DNA from: Squalus acanthias
Taxonomy: Eukaryota
Direction of reading: 5' to 3'
Length of the DNA: 64,000 nt
NCBI GenBank assembly: GCA_030390025.1
Contig: CM059438.1
Coordinates: 56,980,001 to 57,044,000, forward strand
Shown here: positions 10,701 through 23,252 of the stretch, piece after piece
How positions within the stretch are numbered: position 1 is the stretch's first letter
How the letters are laid out: each line of letters starts with the position of its first letter
Program-made: the position numbers and the translations under genes
Notes under the pieces: generated by a model
Database searches by the model: none
What the model was told of the DNA's origin: nothing
What the model saw: the letters and a program-made list of their open reading frames with translations, nothing else

Positions 10701-13700
10701 GGGAGTGTGATGGGCCGAGGGTGGGAGTGTGATGGGGCCGAGGGTGGGAGTGTGATGGGGCCGAGGGTGGGAGTGTGATGGGGCCGAGGGTGGGAGTGTG
10801 ATGGGGGTCGAGGGTGGGAGTGTGATGGGCCGAGGGTGGGAGTGTGATGGGGCCGAGGGTGGGAGTGTGATGGGGCCGAGGGTGGGAGTGTGATGGGGTC
10901 GAGGGTGGGAGTGTGATGGGGCCGAGGGTGGGAGTGTGATGGGGCCGAGGGTGGGAGTGTGATGGGGCCGAGGGTGGGAGTGTGATGGGGCCGAGGGTGG
11001 GAGTGTGATGGGCCGAGGGTGGGAGTGTGATGGGCCGAGGGTGGGAGTGTGATGGGCCGAGGGTGGGAGTGTGATGGGCCGAGGGTGGGAGTGTGATGGG
11101 GCAGTGGGTGGGAGTATGGTGGGGCAGTGGGTGGGAATATGATTGGGGGCAGTGGGTGGGAGTATGATTGGGGGCAGTGGGTGGGAATATGATTGGGGGC
11201 AGTGGGTGGGAGTATGATGGGGCCGAGGGTGGGAGTATGATGGGGGCCGAGGGTGGGAGTGTGATGGGGCCGAGGGTGGGAGTATGATGGGGCCGAGGGT
11301 GGGAGTATGATGGGGGCCGAGGGTGGGAGTATGATGGGGGCCGAGCGTGGGAGTATGATGGGGCAGTGGGTGGGAGTATGGTGGGGCCGAGGGTGGGAGT
11401 GTGATGGGGCCGAGGGTGGGAGTGTGATGGGGCCGAGGGTGGGAGTGTGATGGGGCCGAGGGTGGGAGTGTGATGGGGCCGAGGGTGGGAGTGTGATGGG
11501 GCCGAGGGTGGGAGTGTGATGGGGCCGAGGGTGGGAGTGTGATGGGGCCGAGGGTGGGAGTGTGATGGGGCCGAGGGTGGGAGTGTGATGGGGCCGAGGG
11601 TGGGAGTGTGATGGGGCAGTGGGTGGGAGTATGGTGGGGCAGTGGGTGGGAGTATGGTGGGGCAGTGGGTGGGAGTATGGTGGGGCCGAGGGTGGGAGTG
11701 TGATGGGGCAGTGGGTGGGAGTATGGTGGGGCAGTGGGTGGGAGTATGGTGGGGCAGTGGGTGGGAATATGATTGGGGGCAGTGGGTGGGAGTATGATGG
11801 GGCCGAGGGTGGGAGTGTGATGGGGCCGAGGGTGGGAGTGTGATGGGGCCGAGGGTGGGAGTGTGATGGGGCCGAGGGTGGGAGTGTGATGGGGCCGAGG
11901 GTGGGAGTGTGATGGGGCCGAGGGTGGGAGTGTGATGGGGCCGAGGGTGGGAGTGTGATGGGGGCCGAGGGTGGGAGTGTGATGGGGGCCGAGGGTGGGA
12001 GTGTGATGGGGCCGAGGGTGGGAGTGTGATGGAGCCGAGGGTGGGAGTATGATGGGGGCCGAGGGTGGGAGTATGATGGGGGCCGAGGGTGGGAGTATGA
12101 TGGGGCCGAGGGTGGGAGTGTGATGGGGGCCGAGCGTGGGAGTGTGATGCGGGCCGAGCGTGGGAGTGTGATGGGGGCCGAGGGTGGGAGTATGATGGGG
12201 GCCGAGGGTGGGAGTATGATGGGGGCCGAGGGTGGGAGTATGATGGGGGCCGAGGGTGGGAGTATGATGGGGGCCGAGGGTGGGAGTATGATGGGGGCCG
12301 AGGGTGGGAGTATGATGGGGGCCGAGGGTGGGAGTGTGATGGGGCCGAGGGTGGGAGTGTGATGGGGGCCGAGCGTGGGAGTGTGATGCGGGCCGAGGGT
12401 GGGAGTGTGATGGGGGCCGAGGGTGGGAGTGTGATGGGGCCGAGGGTGGGAGTGTGATGGGCCGAGGGTGGGAGTGTGATGGGCCGAGGGTGGGAGTGTG
12501 ATGGGGCCGAGGGTGGGAGTGTGATGGGCCGAGGGTGGGAGTGTGATGGGGCCGAGGGTGGGAGTGTGATGGGGCCGAGGGTGGGAGTGTGATGGGGCCG
12601 AGGGTGGGAGTGTGATGGGCCGAGGGTGGGAGTGTGATGGGGCAGTGGGTGGGAGTATGGTGGGGCAGTGGGTGGGAATATGATTGGGGGCAGTGGGTGG
12701 GAGTATGATGGGGCCGAGGGTGGGAGTATGATTGGGGGCAGTGGGTGGGAGTATGATGGGGCAGTGGGTGGGAATATGATTGGGGGCCGAGGGTGGGAGT
12801 GTGATGGGGCCGAGGGTGGGAGTGTGATGGGGCCGAGGGTGGGAGTGTGATGGGGCCGAGGGTGGGAGTATGATGGGGCCGAGGGTGGGAGTATGATGGG
12901 GCCGAGGGTGGGAGTGTGATGGGGCCGAGGGTGGGAGTTTGATGGGGCCGAGGGTGGGCGTGTGATGGGGCCGAGGGTGGGAGTGTGATGGGGCCGAGGG
13001 TGGGAGTTTGATGGGGCCGAGGGTGGGCGTGTGATGGGGCCGAGGGTGGGAGTGTGATGGGGCCGAGGGTGGGAGTGTGATGGGGCCGAGGGTGGGCGTG
13101 TGATGGGGCCGAGGGTGGGCGTGTGATGGGGCCGAGGGTGGGAGTGTGATGGGGCCGAGGGTGGGAGTGTGATGGGGCCGAGGGTGGGAGTGTGATGGGG
13201 GCCGAGGGTGGGAGTGTGATGGGGCCGAGGGTGGGAGTGTGATGGGGGCCGAGGGTGGGAGTGTGATGGGGGCCGAGGGTGGGAGTGTGATGGGGGCCGA
13301 GGGTGGGAGTATGATGGGGCAGTGGGTGGGAGTATGATGGGGCAGTGGGTGGGAGTATGATGGGGCAGTGGGAGGGAGTATGATGGGGCCGAGGGTGGGA
13401 GTATGACGGGGTCGAGGGTGGGAGTGTGATGGGGCCGAGGGTGGGAGTGTGATGGGGCCGAGGGTGGGAGTGTGATGGGGGCCGAGGGTGGGAGTATGAT
13501 GGGGCCGAGGGTGGGAGTGTGATGGGGCCGAGGGTGGGAGTGTGATGGGGCCGAGGGTGGGAGTGTGATGGGCCGAGGGTGGGAGTATGATGGGGCAGTG
13601 GGTGGGAGTGTGATGGGGCCGAGGGTGGGAGTATGATGGGGCAGTGGGAGGGAATATGATTGGGGGCCGAGGGTGGGAGTATGGTGGGGCAGTGGGTGGG

Positions 13701-13994
13701 AGTATGATGAGGCAGTGGGAGGGAGTGTGATGGGGGCCGAGGGTGGGAGTGTGATGGGGCCGAGGGTGGGAGTATGATGGGGCAGTGGGTGGGAGTGTGA
13801 TGGGGCCGAGGGTGGGAGTATGATGGGGCAGTGGGTGGGAATATGATTGGGGGCCGAGGGTGGGAGTATGGTGGGGCAGTGGGTGGGAGTATGATGGGGC
13901 AGTGGGAGGGAGTGTGATGGGGGCCGAGGGTGGGAGTATGATGGGGCAGTGGGTGGGAGTGTGATGGGGCCGAGGGTGGGAGTGTGATGGGGCA
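1750..13994 (+). repeat. Giant G-rich minisatellite (~12.2 kb, 22-25 bp units, roughly 500 copies) in ANAPC2 intron 1
   Basis: Units GGGGGCCGAGGGTGGGAGTATGATT (25 bp) and GGGGCCGAGGGTGGGAGTGTGAT (23 bp), plus a GGGCAGTGGGTGGGAG variant. Confidence 0.98.
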
Positions 13995-14617
13995 GATGGT
14001 GCAGGTGTTTGCACAGTAGATCAGACAGTGTGTAACCATGGTGTTCTGTTTCACCCAGAGCTAAACTTCAAACCTCCGATCCTATCCATCAGCGAGACCA
14101 CTGATTTTTGTCGCTGCAATATTACACCTCACTCCTAATTCCCTCCCACTGCCACCAAACACTTATCCAGGTTATTTTCCATTTCCCTTGTTGCCAGCTT
14201 CCTGATGTCCATTTCCCCAAGCTCCAACATTTTCCAAAATGCTGTTTTCCTTATCGCGTCATGCTCGCCCATCACCCTTTACCTCAGCTGACCTGCATTG
14301 GCTCTACCCTCTCCCCTGTGCCCTAACACTACCAGAGAACCCTTAATTGCCACTGACATGTTGAAGAGAACGTTTGCCATCTCATAAAGCATCAGTCTAT
14401 GTTAACGTCACTCAGTTGAGGTTGAGTTCAGTTCAGCGAATTACAATGTTTTTTTAAATGGCGAATTTATTTAGCTTTATTCCTTCACTGACCTAATGAG
14501 TGATCTCTGCTCTATAAATTGTGAGGTGTCCATTGTAAGGCGACACCATTACTATTTATTCCCTTAATGTGTGCTGACTGTGAAAGGAGGTGTATTTCAC
14601 GAGGTGAACCTCCTCTG

Positions 14618-14946
14618 TCATGAAGCTTATTTGTGAGAAGTCGCACAACACCAGGTTATAGTCCAACAGCTTTATTTGAAATCACAAGTTTTCGGAGCGC
14701 TGCTCCTTCGTCAGGTGAAGTGAAGAGATGCAGTTAGAAAGATTAACTGTAATCATCTGGCAGTGTTCTCTGACTATATATGCTGTGCCTATATGCATCT
14801 CTTCACTTCACCTGACGAAGGAGCAGCCGCTCCGAAAGCTTGTGATTTCAAATAAAGCTGTTGGACTATAACCTGGTGTTGTGTGACTTCTCACATTTGT
14901 CCACCCCAGTCCAACACCGGCATCTCCACATCATGAAGCTTATTTG
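14618..14946. mobile_element. Non-autonomous Penelope-type inverted terminal-repeat element with 16-bp flanking direct repeats
   Basis: Inverted arms ~14632-14732 and 14794-14895; TCATGAAGCTTATTTG at 14618-14633 and 14931-14946; each arm contains a hammerhead core. Confidence 0.8.
14808..14845 (+). ncRNA. Minimal type I hammerhead ribozyme motif (Penelope-associated, family A)
   Basis: TCAC-CTGACGA-A-GGAGC(AGCC)GCTCC-GAA-AGCT-T-GTGA: stem I, CUGANGA box, stem II, GAAA, palindromic helix III. Confidence 0.75.
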
Positions 14947-15141
14947 ATTAGGGTGCATTTGAGTTTTCTGCCTTTAAGATTCAAATAGCAGACACAGCCG
15001 TGCAAAATGACCATTTTAATTACTTTGACCAGTGTAAACCTGAAGCAACGATGTAGCCTTGATCTGGTTCTAATGGTGGAATGTGGAGAGGAGCAGTGAA
15101 AGTATGAATTCATTGTGTTTCGAAATGTATTTGTTTTTCAG

Positions 15142-15743
15142 GAAGCTTCTGGGTTGGGAAGCCGCGGTGAGTTTCTGGAGGATGAGCTTCGTGCTGCGCT
15201 GGAAATTTTACGGCACTACGGTTTGCACTCTGTGGTGGTGGAGTGGTTCATGGAGGTGTTGCAGGTAGACCTTCAGAGGAAGATTGCAGCAGAGTTCTGG
15301 GATTTCCTCACACAAAGGGAGAACATGGTGACGGAGCAACAGCGCTCAAAGCTCCTGTACGATGCCTTCTGTATGTTGGATCAGAGGCTAGCACCCTATC
15401 TGCGCAGCCTGAAACATCTGGAGACCTGGATAGAGGCAGGATTGATTAACAGTGTCGGACCTGGAACACTGAAGGACAAAGTCTACAACATGGTTAAAGC
15501 TGTGCTATTCTTTTCGACTGTTCAACCCTTCCAGGAGATTATACACGAGTTTTACACTCGTGCTTTCAGTATCTATGTACACCGAGACAAGAGCCTGCAG
15601 AATGGAGATAGCATGAGTGAAGAGGAAGATGAGAGTGCTGTGGATGATATGGAACTTCTGACCTGTGCAGGCTGTAGTGCAGAGAAAGAGCAGTGCTGGT
15701 GTGCCACTGCAATGGAGCAGTTTGCACAAGTCAATCACGTATT
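15142..15743 (+). CDS. ANAPC2: ANAPC2 exon 2
   Basis: TTTTTCAG acceptor; EASGLGSRGEFLEDELRAALEILRHYGLHSVVVEWF...CAGCSAEKEQCWC; GTAAGT donor; 602 nt. Confidence 0.96.
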
Positions 15744-16602
15744 GTAAGTACCATAGTTTTTATCCATAATTTTAGCAGTTTGCCAGTTAATAAACCCCCA
15801 CCCAAATACCCATGGTCATTGATGGTTGGCATTCTAATATAGACGTTGTAGCAAGGGCACAATCTGAGCAAATTATACAACGCGACAATGTAATAACTGC
15901 ACGGGAGTTTTCAGTAGATTACAAAACCTGTTGTATTTTTGTGCAGTTCGAGAGGTTTTCTGAGAAGGAACATTTTAAAAGAGAAGTAAAAGGCTTGGCT
16001 TAATCACTTGAAGCTTCCCTAGGTGCTTGAAACTGGTGGTATTTTCCTCTCAGTGCTGCGCATCTTTCTGATGTTGGTGGATCTCCTACTGCCAAGTCTT
16101 GACCAGTGGGTAGGAGATGTGTGAGAACGGTTCTGGGTGATGCACATCCTCCAATTTTCCACTTCCTTGTTCATCTCCGATGTGCGGGCCTGGCCAAGCC
16201 TGTTTGGTGCCTCTCTTGAGATTGGGAACTCCCAAGTTGTGGTGAATGTTCTGCCAATTGTAAAACTGCATATTGTGCTTCCAAACGACACCTCCAAACT
16301 TCTTCTAAAATGCAATTTCTTCTAAAATGCTGGGTGAATATAGATTAATACAGTATAATTTGTCATATTTAACGCATACATTCTTTGGTACTGTTAGAAA
16401 TATCAGTTTCTAGGTACAAAGGTTTAGTTTTGCTAGCAAGAAAAAATAGTAAGGTTTAAAGTAAGGTTGCTATGGTGTTGATCTGGCACTAGATGGCAGT
16501 CAAGTGTTCAGTAAATACTTATTTTCTATGGTTTTTACAAAACATGCTGAAGATCTCTGGGGGAGATGGCCTGTGTTGTCTTATCCTAATATTTGAGATA
16601 AT

Positions 16603-19037
16603 GGCCTAGAAATTCGATTCGGAGGCTTGCCGCGGGGGTAAGGATTGCGCGCGATATCACATACCGTGTCTGCCGTTCTTGTTTGCCCCCGCAGGAACTT
16701 CGGGTCCTGGGCCTCTCCCTAGTGCCGGCGCGCAGTGCTTGCGTGTTCCAGGGGCGCAGTTAGTGCGATGCGACCCCTGGGATCACGTGGGCCATGGAGA
16801 GCCAATGGCAGCAGACCATCTTTCATTCATAGATTTGACAGGGGTTCTAAATGAATTTTTTGCATCTGTTTTCACTATAGAGAAGGACGATGCAGACATA
16901 AAATTAGGGCAGGGGGACTGTGATATACTCGAACATTTTAACATCGAGAGGGAGGAGGTATTGGCGGTTTTAGCAGGTCTAAAAATGGATAAATCCCCAG
17001 GTCCGGACGAAATGTATCCCAGGCTGCTGCGTGAGGCAAAGGAGGAGATTGCGGGGGCTCTAACACATATATTCAGAACCTCTCTGGCCACGGGATGTGC
17101 CAGAGGACTGGAGAACCGCTAATGTAGTACCATTATTCAAGAAAGGGAGTAGGGAAAAACCAGGGAACTACAGGCCAGTGAGCCTAACATCAGTGGTAGG
17201 AAAATTATTGGAAAAAATTCTGAGGGACAAAATTAGTCTCCACTTGGAGAGGCAAGGATTAATCAGGGTTAGCCAACATGACTTTGTCAAGGGAAGATCA
17301 TGTCTGACTAATTTGATTGAATTTTTTGAGGGGGTGACTAGGTGTGTGGATGAGGGTAACGCAGTGGATGTGGTATACATGGATTTCAGTAAGGCCTTCG
17401 ATAAAGTCCCGCACAGGAGACTGGTCAAGAAGTTAAGAGCCCATGGAATCCAGGGTGCCTTGGCACATTGGATACAAAACTGGCTCAGTGGCAGAAGGCA
17501 GAGGGTGATGGTCGAAGGTTGTTTTTGTGACTGGAAGCCTGTGGCCAGTGGGGTACCACAGGGATCAGTGCTGGGTCCCTTGCTGTTTGTGGTCTACATT
17601 AACGACTTGGATATGAATGTAAAAGGTATGATCAGTAAGTTCGCGGATGATACAAAAATTGGTAGGGTGGTAAATAGCGAGGAGGGTAGCCTCAGTCTGC
17701 AGGACGATATAGATGGGTTGGTCAGATGGGCGGAACAGTGGCAAATGGAATTTAATCCGGAAAAGTGCGAGGTGATGCACTTTGGAGGGACTAACAAGGC
17801 AAGGGCATACACAATGAATGGTAAGACCCTCGGCAAGCCGGAGGGTCAGAGGGATCTTGGTGTGCAAGTACACAGATCCCTGAAGGCGGCGGAACAGGTG
17901 GATAATGTGGTAAAAAAGGCATATGGGATACTTGCATTCATTAGCCAAGGCATAGAATATAAGAGCAAGGAGGTTATGATGGAGCTGTATAAAACACTGG
18001 TTAGGCCACATCTGGAATACTGTGTGCAGTTCTGATCGCCACACTACAGGAAGGATGTGATCGCTTTGGAGAGGGTGCAGAGGAGATTCACCAGAATGTT
18101 ACCCGGGCTGGAGTGCTTCAGCTATGAAGAGAGACTGGGCAGATTGGGTTTGTTTTCCTTGGAGCTGAGGGGGGACATGATTGAGGTGTACAAAATTATG
18201 AGGGCATAGATAGGATGGATACTAAGGAGCTTTTTCCCTTAGTAGAGGGGTCTATAACAAGGGGGCATAGATTCAAGGTAAAGGGCGGGAGGTTTAGAAG
18301 GGATTTGAGAAAGAACTTTTTCACCCAGAGGGTGGTTGGAGTCTGGAACTCACTGCCTGAATGGGTTGTGGAGGCAGGAACCCTCACAACATTCAAGAAG
18401 CATTTGGATGAGCACTTGAAATGCCACAGCATACAAGGCTACAGACCAAATGCTGGAATATGGGATTAGATTAGACAGGGCTTGATGGCCGGCGCGGACA
18501 CGATGGGCCGAAGGGCCTCTATCCGTGCTGTATGACTCTAGGAGACCTGTCAAATCTGTGAATTGAAATTGGCCCCAAAAGAACAGCTAAACCTCAAATA
18601 AATTTTTAAAAAACCCCATGACATTAATAAAATAACTATAGTTAAATAAATTAACCACTTTAAACAAAAATTTAAATTTTTGAAAAAATTAAAATACTTT
18701 TTAAAAGTTATAAAAATAAACTTACCTTTCTTTAAAGTCTCTAAAAAAGATAAACCTGTTGAAAAAATTTAAAATTATACTTAATTAACTACTTACCTTG
18801 TTCAAAAGGGGTCTTACGCCTCCTTTTTACTTGCATAGAATCTTCCATACTTACCCTCGCGTTGAAACCTGAAAAAAAACCTAAGTGTGCTGCGTGCGCG
18901 CAGCCTCTAGTGCGCACGCGGTTCACCTAGGAACCGCCCCCTTCGCCATACCGGAAGTGCCGGTTTGCCGCGCATGCGCAGTGCATGCAGGAAACCGGCA
19001 CTGAGTACTCACCTGAGAACGGCCGAATTTTTGGGCC
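16603..19037. mobile_element. PIF/Harbinger-like non-autonomous DNA transposon (MITE) interrupted by a CR1
   Basis: Imperfect TIRs GGCCTAGAAATTCG (16603) and CGAATTTTTGGGCC (ends 19037); 3-bp AAT on both flanks; AT-rich interior. Confidence 0.65.
16843..18540 (+). mobile_element. CR1-clade LINE, 5'-truncated, RT disrupted
   Basis: KSPGPD, NYRPVSLTS, DFSKAFDKV, GVPQGSVLGP and FADD motifs; frameshift near 17095, stop at 18033; CR1-type 3' tail. Confidence 0.95.
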
Positions 19038-19110
19038 AATGTGCTTCATCCAGTGGTGATCGAACTCGCCGATTGTAATTAATGAGTCAGAAAAATAGGC
19101 AGCTCTAAAT

Positions 19111-19550
19111 AAAAAAAAACTTGCATTTATATAGCGCCTTTCACAGCCTCCACAGCGCTTTACAGCCAATGAAGCACTTTTGAAATGTAGGGGACTGTTA
19201 TAATGTAAGAAACACAGCAGCCAATTTGCTCCCACAAACAGCAGTGAAATAAATGACCTTATAATCTGTTTTAGGTGTTGGTTGATGGATAAATATTGGC
19301 CAGGACACCAGGAGAACTCCCCTGCTGTCCTTCAAAATAGTGCCATGGGATCTTTTACGTCCACCTGAGAGAGCAGATGGGATCTTAGTTTAATATTTCA
19401 TCTGAGAGGCAGCACCTCCAACAGCGCAGCACTCCCTCAGTAATGCACTGGGAGTGTCAGCTGAGATATGTGCTCCAGTCTCTGGAGTGGGACTTGAATC
19501 CACGACCTTCTGACTCAGAGGCGAGAGTGCTGGTACTGAGCCACGGCTGA
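19111..19550 (-). mobile_element. tRNA-derived Deu-domain SINE (SacSINE1/AmnSINE-like), near full length
   Basis: Minus strand has a tRNA-like head (GTGGCTCAGT..GGATTCAAGTCCC), the CTCTCAGGTGGACGTAAAAGATCCCATGGCAC core and an L2-like tail. Confidence 0.8.
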
Positions 19551-20145
19551 CATGAACCTGTGACCTATTTGGGGTTGCATGGCCTAACTTTGGAAGTGCT
19601 GATGTATTTACAGTGCTTCCTCGATCAGATTTGGACTAAACCAAAAGCATACTGTTCTGTATTTAGAAGATTGAACAATTCAGGAGTGTTTAATACTTAT
19701 TCCACTGGTTGAAGAGACTTCGCCACCCAATAAAAAGTGAAACATTGAGGGGAACAGACTGAGGCCTGGGAAGATATCTACTTAAAGCAGTCCAGGGACC
19801 ATTGAGAGAAAAAAAAATCTCTCTTCTTTTAATTGCGATTTCAAACCAGTAATTGGCGAGATTGTTTTGACTCTCTGCATGATGACGTGGAACAGTAAAC
19901 ACAGTCTCATAGCAGCCATTGTGATCTATATTAACACCACAAAAATATTGCCAGTTCCCTACAAATAGAAGTGTTAATGTTTAAATCATCAGAAATGCTA
20001 CAGGATTTCCATGATATGTAAAAGTACAAAAATGATAGGTTGCAATCTCATCTGTCACTAATAAATCCAATAGGGAATTCAGGAGAAACTTCTTAACCCA
20101 GAGAGTGGTGAGAAAGTGGAACTCGCTATCACAAGGAATGATTGA

Positions 20146-21824
20146 ACATAAGAAATAGGAGCAGGAGTAGGCCATTTGGCCCCTCAAGCCTGCTCCGCCA
20201 TTCAATAAGATCATGGCTCATCTCCACTTTCCAGCACTATCCCCATATCCCTTAATATTCAAAAATCTATCGATCTCTGTCTTGAATATACTCAATGACT
20301 GAGCCTCCACAGCCCTCTGGGGTAGAGAATTCCAAAGATTCACCACCCTCTGAGTCCTAAATGGCCGACCCCTTATTCTGAGACTGTGACCCCTGGCTCT
20401 AGACCCCCCCAGCCAGGGGAAACATCCTCCCTGCATCTACCCTGTCAAGCCTTGTAAGAATTTTGTATGTTTGAATGAGATCACCTCTCATTCTTCTAAA
20501 CTCCAGAGAATATAGGCCTAGTCTATTTAATCTTTCCTCATAGGACAATCCCCCAATCCCAGGAACCAGTCTGATGAACCTTCGTTGCACTCCCTGTATG
20601 GCAAGTATATCCTTTCTTAGGTAAGGAGACCAAAACTGTACACCATACTCCAGGTGTGGTCTCACCAGGGCCCTATATAATTGCAGTAAGTCGTCTTTAC
20701 TCTTATACTCAAATCCTCCTGTAATAAAGGCCAATATACCATTTGCTTTCCTAATTGCTTGCTGTACCTGTATGTTAACTTTTAGTGATTCGTGTACAAG
20801 GACACCCAGGTCCCTCTGAACACCAACATTTCCCAATCTCTCACCATTTAAAAAATACTCTGCTTTTCTATTTTTCCTTCCAAAGTGGATAACTTCACAT
20901 TTCTCCAAATTATATTCCATTTGCCATGTTCTTGCCCACTCATTTAGCCTGTCTATATCCCCTTGAAGCCTCCTCACAACTTACATTTCCCATCATCAGC
21001 AAACTTGGATATATTACATTTGGTCCCCTCATCCAAATTATTGATGTAGATTGTGAATAGCTGAGACCCAAGCACTGACCCCACTAGTTATAGCCTGCCA
21101 ACCCGAAAATGACCCGTTAATTCCTACTCTCTGTTTTCTGTCCGTTAACCAATCCTCAATCCATGCTAGTATATTACCCCCAATCCCATGAGCCCTAATT
21201 TTGTTTAATAACCTCTTGTGTGGCACCTTATCGAATGCCTTCTGAAAATCCAAATACACCACATCCACTGGTTCCCCCTTATCTATTCTGCTAGTTACAA
21301 CCTCAAAAAACTCTAACAGATTTGTCAAACACTGTTTCCCTTTCATAAATCCGTGTTGACTCTGCCCAATCCTATTATTATTTTCTAAGTGCCCTGTTAC
21401 CACGTCCTTAATAATAGATTCCAGCATTTTCCCTACTACTGATGTCAGGCTAATTGGTCTGTAGTTCCCCGTTTTCTCTCTCCCTCCTTTCTTAAATAGT
21501 GGGGTTACATTTGCTACTTTCCAATCCGCAGGAACCGTTCCAGAATCTATGGAATTTTGGAAAATGACAACCAATGCATCCACTATCTCTATAGCCACCT
21601 CTTTCAAAACCCTAGGCTGTAGGCCATCAGGTCCAGGGGATTTATCAGCTTTCAGTCCCATTAATTTCTCCAGTACTATTTTTTTACCAATACTAATTTC
21701 TTTCAGTTCCTCATTCTCGCTAGAGCCTTGGTTTTCCACTATTTCCGGGAAGTTTTTTGCGTCTTCTTCCGTGAAGGCAGACAGAAAGTATTTGTTTAAT
21801 TTCTCTGACATTTCCTTATTCCCC
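20146..21824 (-). mobile_element. CR1 (HER1-like) LINE, 5'-truncated, nested in an older + strand CR1 3' fragment (~20065-20145 and 21825-22010)
   Basis: RT ORFs 21038-21874 and 20399-20977; ATTGA at 20141-20145 and 21825-21829; the host CR1 text reads continuously across the insertion. Confidence 0.92.
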
Positions 21825-22505
21825 ATTGAGGTGAATAATATAGATGCCTTTAATGGGAAGCTGGATAAACACATGAAGGAGAAAGGAATAGAAGGTTATG
21901 CTGATAGGGTTAGATGAAGAGGGGTGGGAGGAGGCTCAGGTGAAGCATAAGCACCAGCATAGACCTGTTGGGCCGAATGGCCTGTTTCTGTGCTTTTCAT
22001 TCTGTGTAATCTGTGATTCTGAAAATTAGGTTACTCAGAATAGTTGTTGATCTGTTCACTCCGCCATGTGACTAAAACGAAACGTTAATTCCTGTACTGG
22101 TCTGGGTGCAGCATGTTTACTGATGTCCTGTGACACGCTGATCATGGAAGGCCTAATGTGGCATGGATCCAATCTGATTTAACCATCACGGGTAGTCCTG
22201 AGTGGAGATATAGTGACTACCCCTCCCCCACCTGCAACTGGAGAGCGGGAAAATTTGTGGCCAAGTTATCTTGAATTTCTGGCACACGTCCTATTATTGT
22301 CCTCGAGCAGCATTGATTTGAGGCCTGGGAGCAGGTCATTTCTTCACCCTGTCAATTGGAGAATCATGCTGGGGTGGGGAAAACATAGATTTAAGAAATA
22401 AATAGTCAGCAGCTGATAAGGCAGTGGTTACTTTAGTCGTGCCACATATGAACAGTGAGAGACAGGCAATGACCCTCCGATCCATCCAACCTGTCCCAAC
22501 ACAAT

Positions 22506-23252
22506 GGGCCGTATATTCCGATGCCTACGGGTGTGTACGGGCTGTGTACACAGCCGTAGGGACATCGGAAATGCCGGTTTCAGGCATGCCAAGCGCATGC
22601 GCTGAAAACCGGCATTTCCCATCTGTCAAGAATGCTCTCGACAGATCGGATGCCTGCCCCGGAGAAGGGCCTCTGTGGATGGAGAGTTCCGCTTTCTGGA
22701 GAACCTCCGCCCGCTGAAATCCCTTAAAAATCTTACGCCTGGTAAGGCCTGCTTTTACCAGCATAAGAGTTGAAAAAAAAGTAAAAAAAACCAACTTTTT
22801 TTTTCACTCATTTATAATTTTAAAATACTTTTAAAAAAGGTAAGTTTATTTTTAGCCCCGTAAAAAAACTTTAATTATTCTTTTCAAAAAATAAAATTTT
22901 TGTTTAAAATATTTAATTTATTGTAATTTTAACTCATTTTAAAAACGTGATGGTTTTAAAAAAATGTATTTAATGTTTTACTGTGTTTTTGGGGTGATCT
23001 CCATTCATATATTTGACAGGTCTATCTGTTAAATGGATGAAGGGAGATTCCCTTCTCCTATTGGCTGGCCTGGCCCACATGATCCCAGGGACGCTTGCGA
23101 ACTGCATGCGCCCCTGGGATACGTGGGCCCTGCGCATTTCGAGTTTGGAGAGGCCCAGGAACGGAAGTGTACCCACCTCGGGAGCCCTCGGGTAAGTTCG
23201 TAGATTTTTTTCCGATAGGCATCCGCACGCAGGAAGCCTCCTATTACGGGCC
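22506..23252. mobile_element. MITE related to the 16603-19037 element, opposite orientation
   Basis: Ends GGGCCGTATATT and TATTACGGGCC; shares the GATCA(C/T)GTGGGCC..GCCAAT motif, the TTCATA..TTTGACAGG hairpin and the AT-rich core. Confidence 0.55.

Noticed and set aside
1750..13994. CRISPR-like or telomeric array
   Set aside because: Units are contiguous with no unique spacers, there are no cas genes, the context is eukaryotic, and there is no TTAGGG array
1436..14054. 4192-aa and 3991-aa Pro/His/Ser-rich ORFs on the minus strand (extensin/mucin-like)
   Set aside because: The C-rich strand of the minisatellite almost lacks stop codons, so several frames stay open and give the same rotating peptides; unit lengths are mostly not multiples of 3; the region is ANAPC2 intron 1
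17097..18035. Intact or domesticated reverse transcriptase gene
   Set aside because: 5'-truncated CR1 with a frameshift and premature stop; the other RT ORFs in the window are likewise broken
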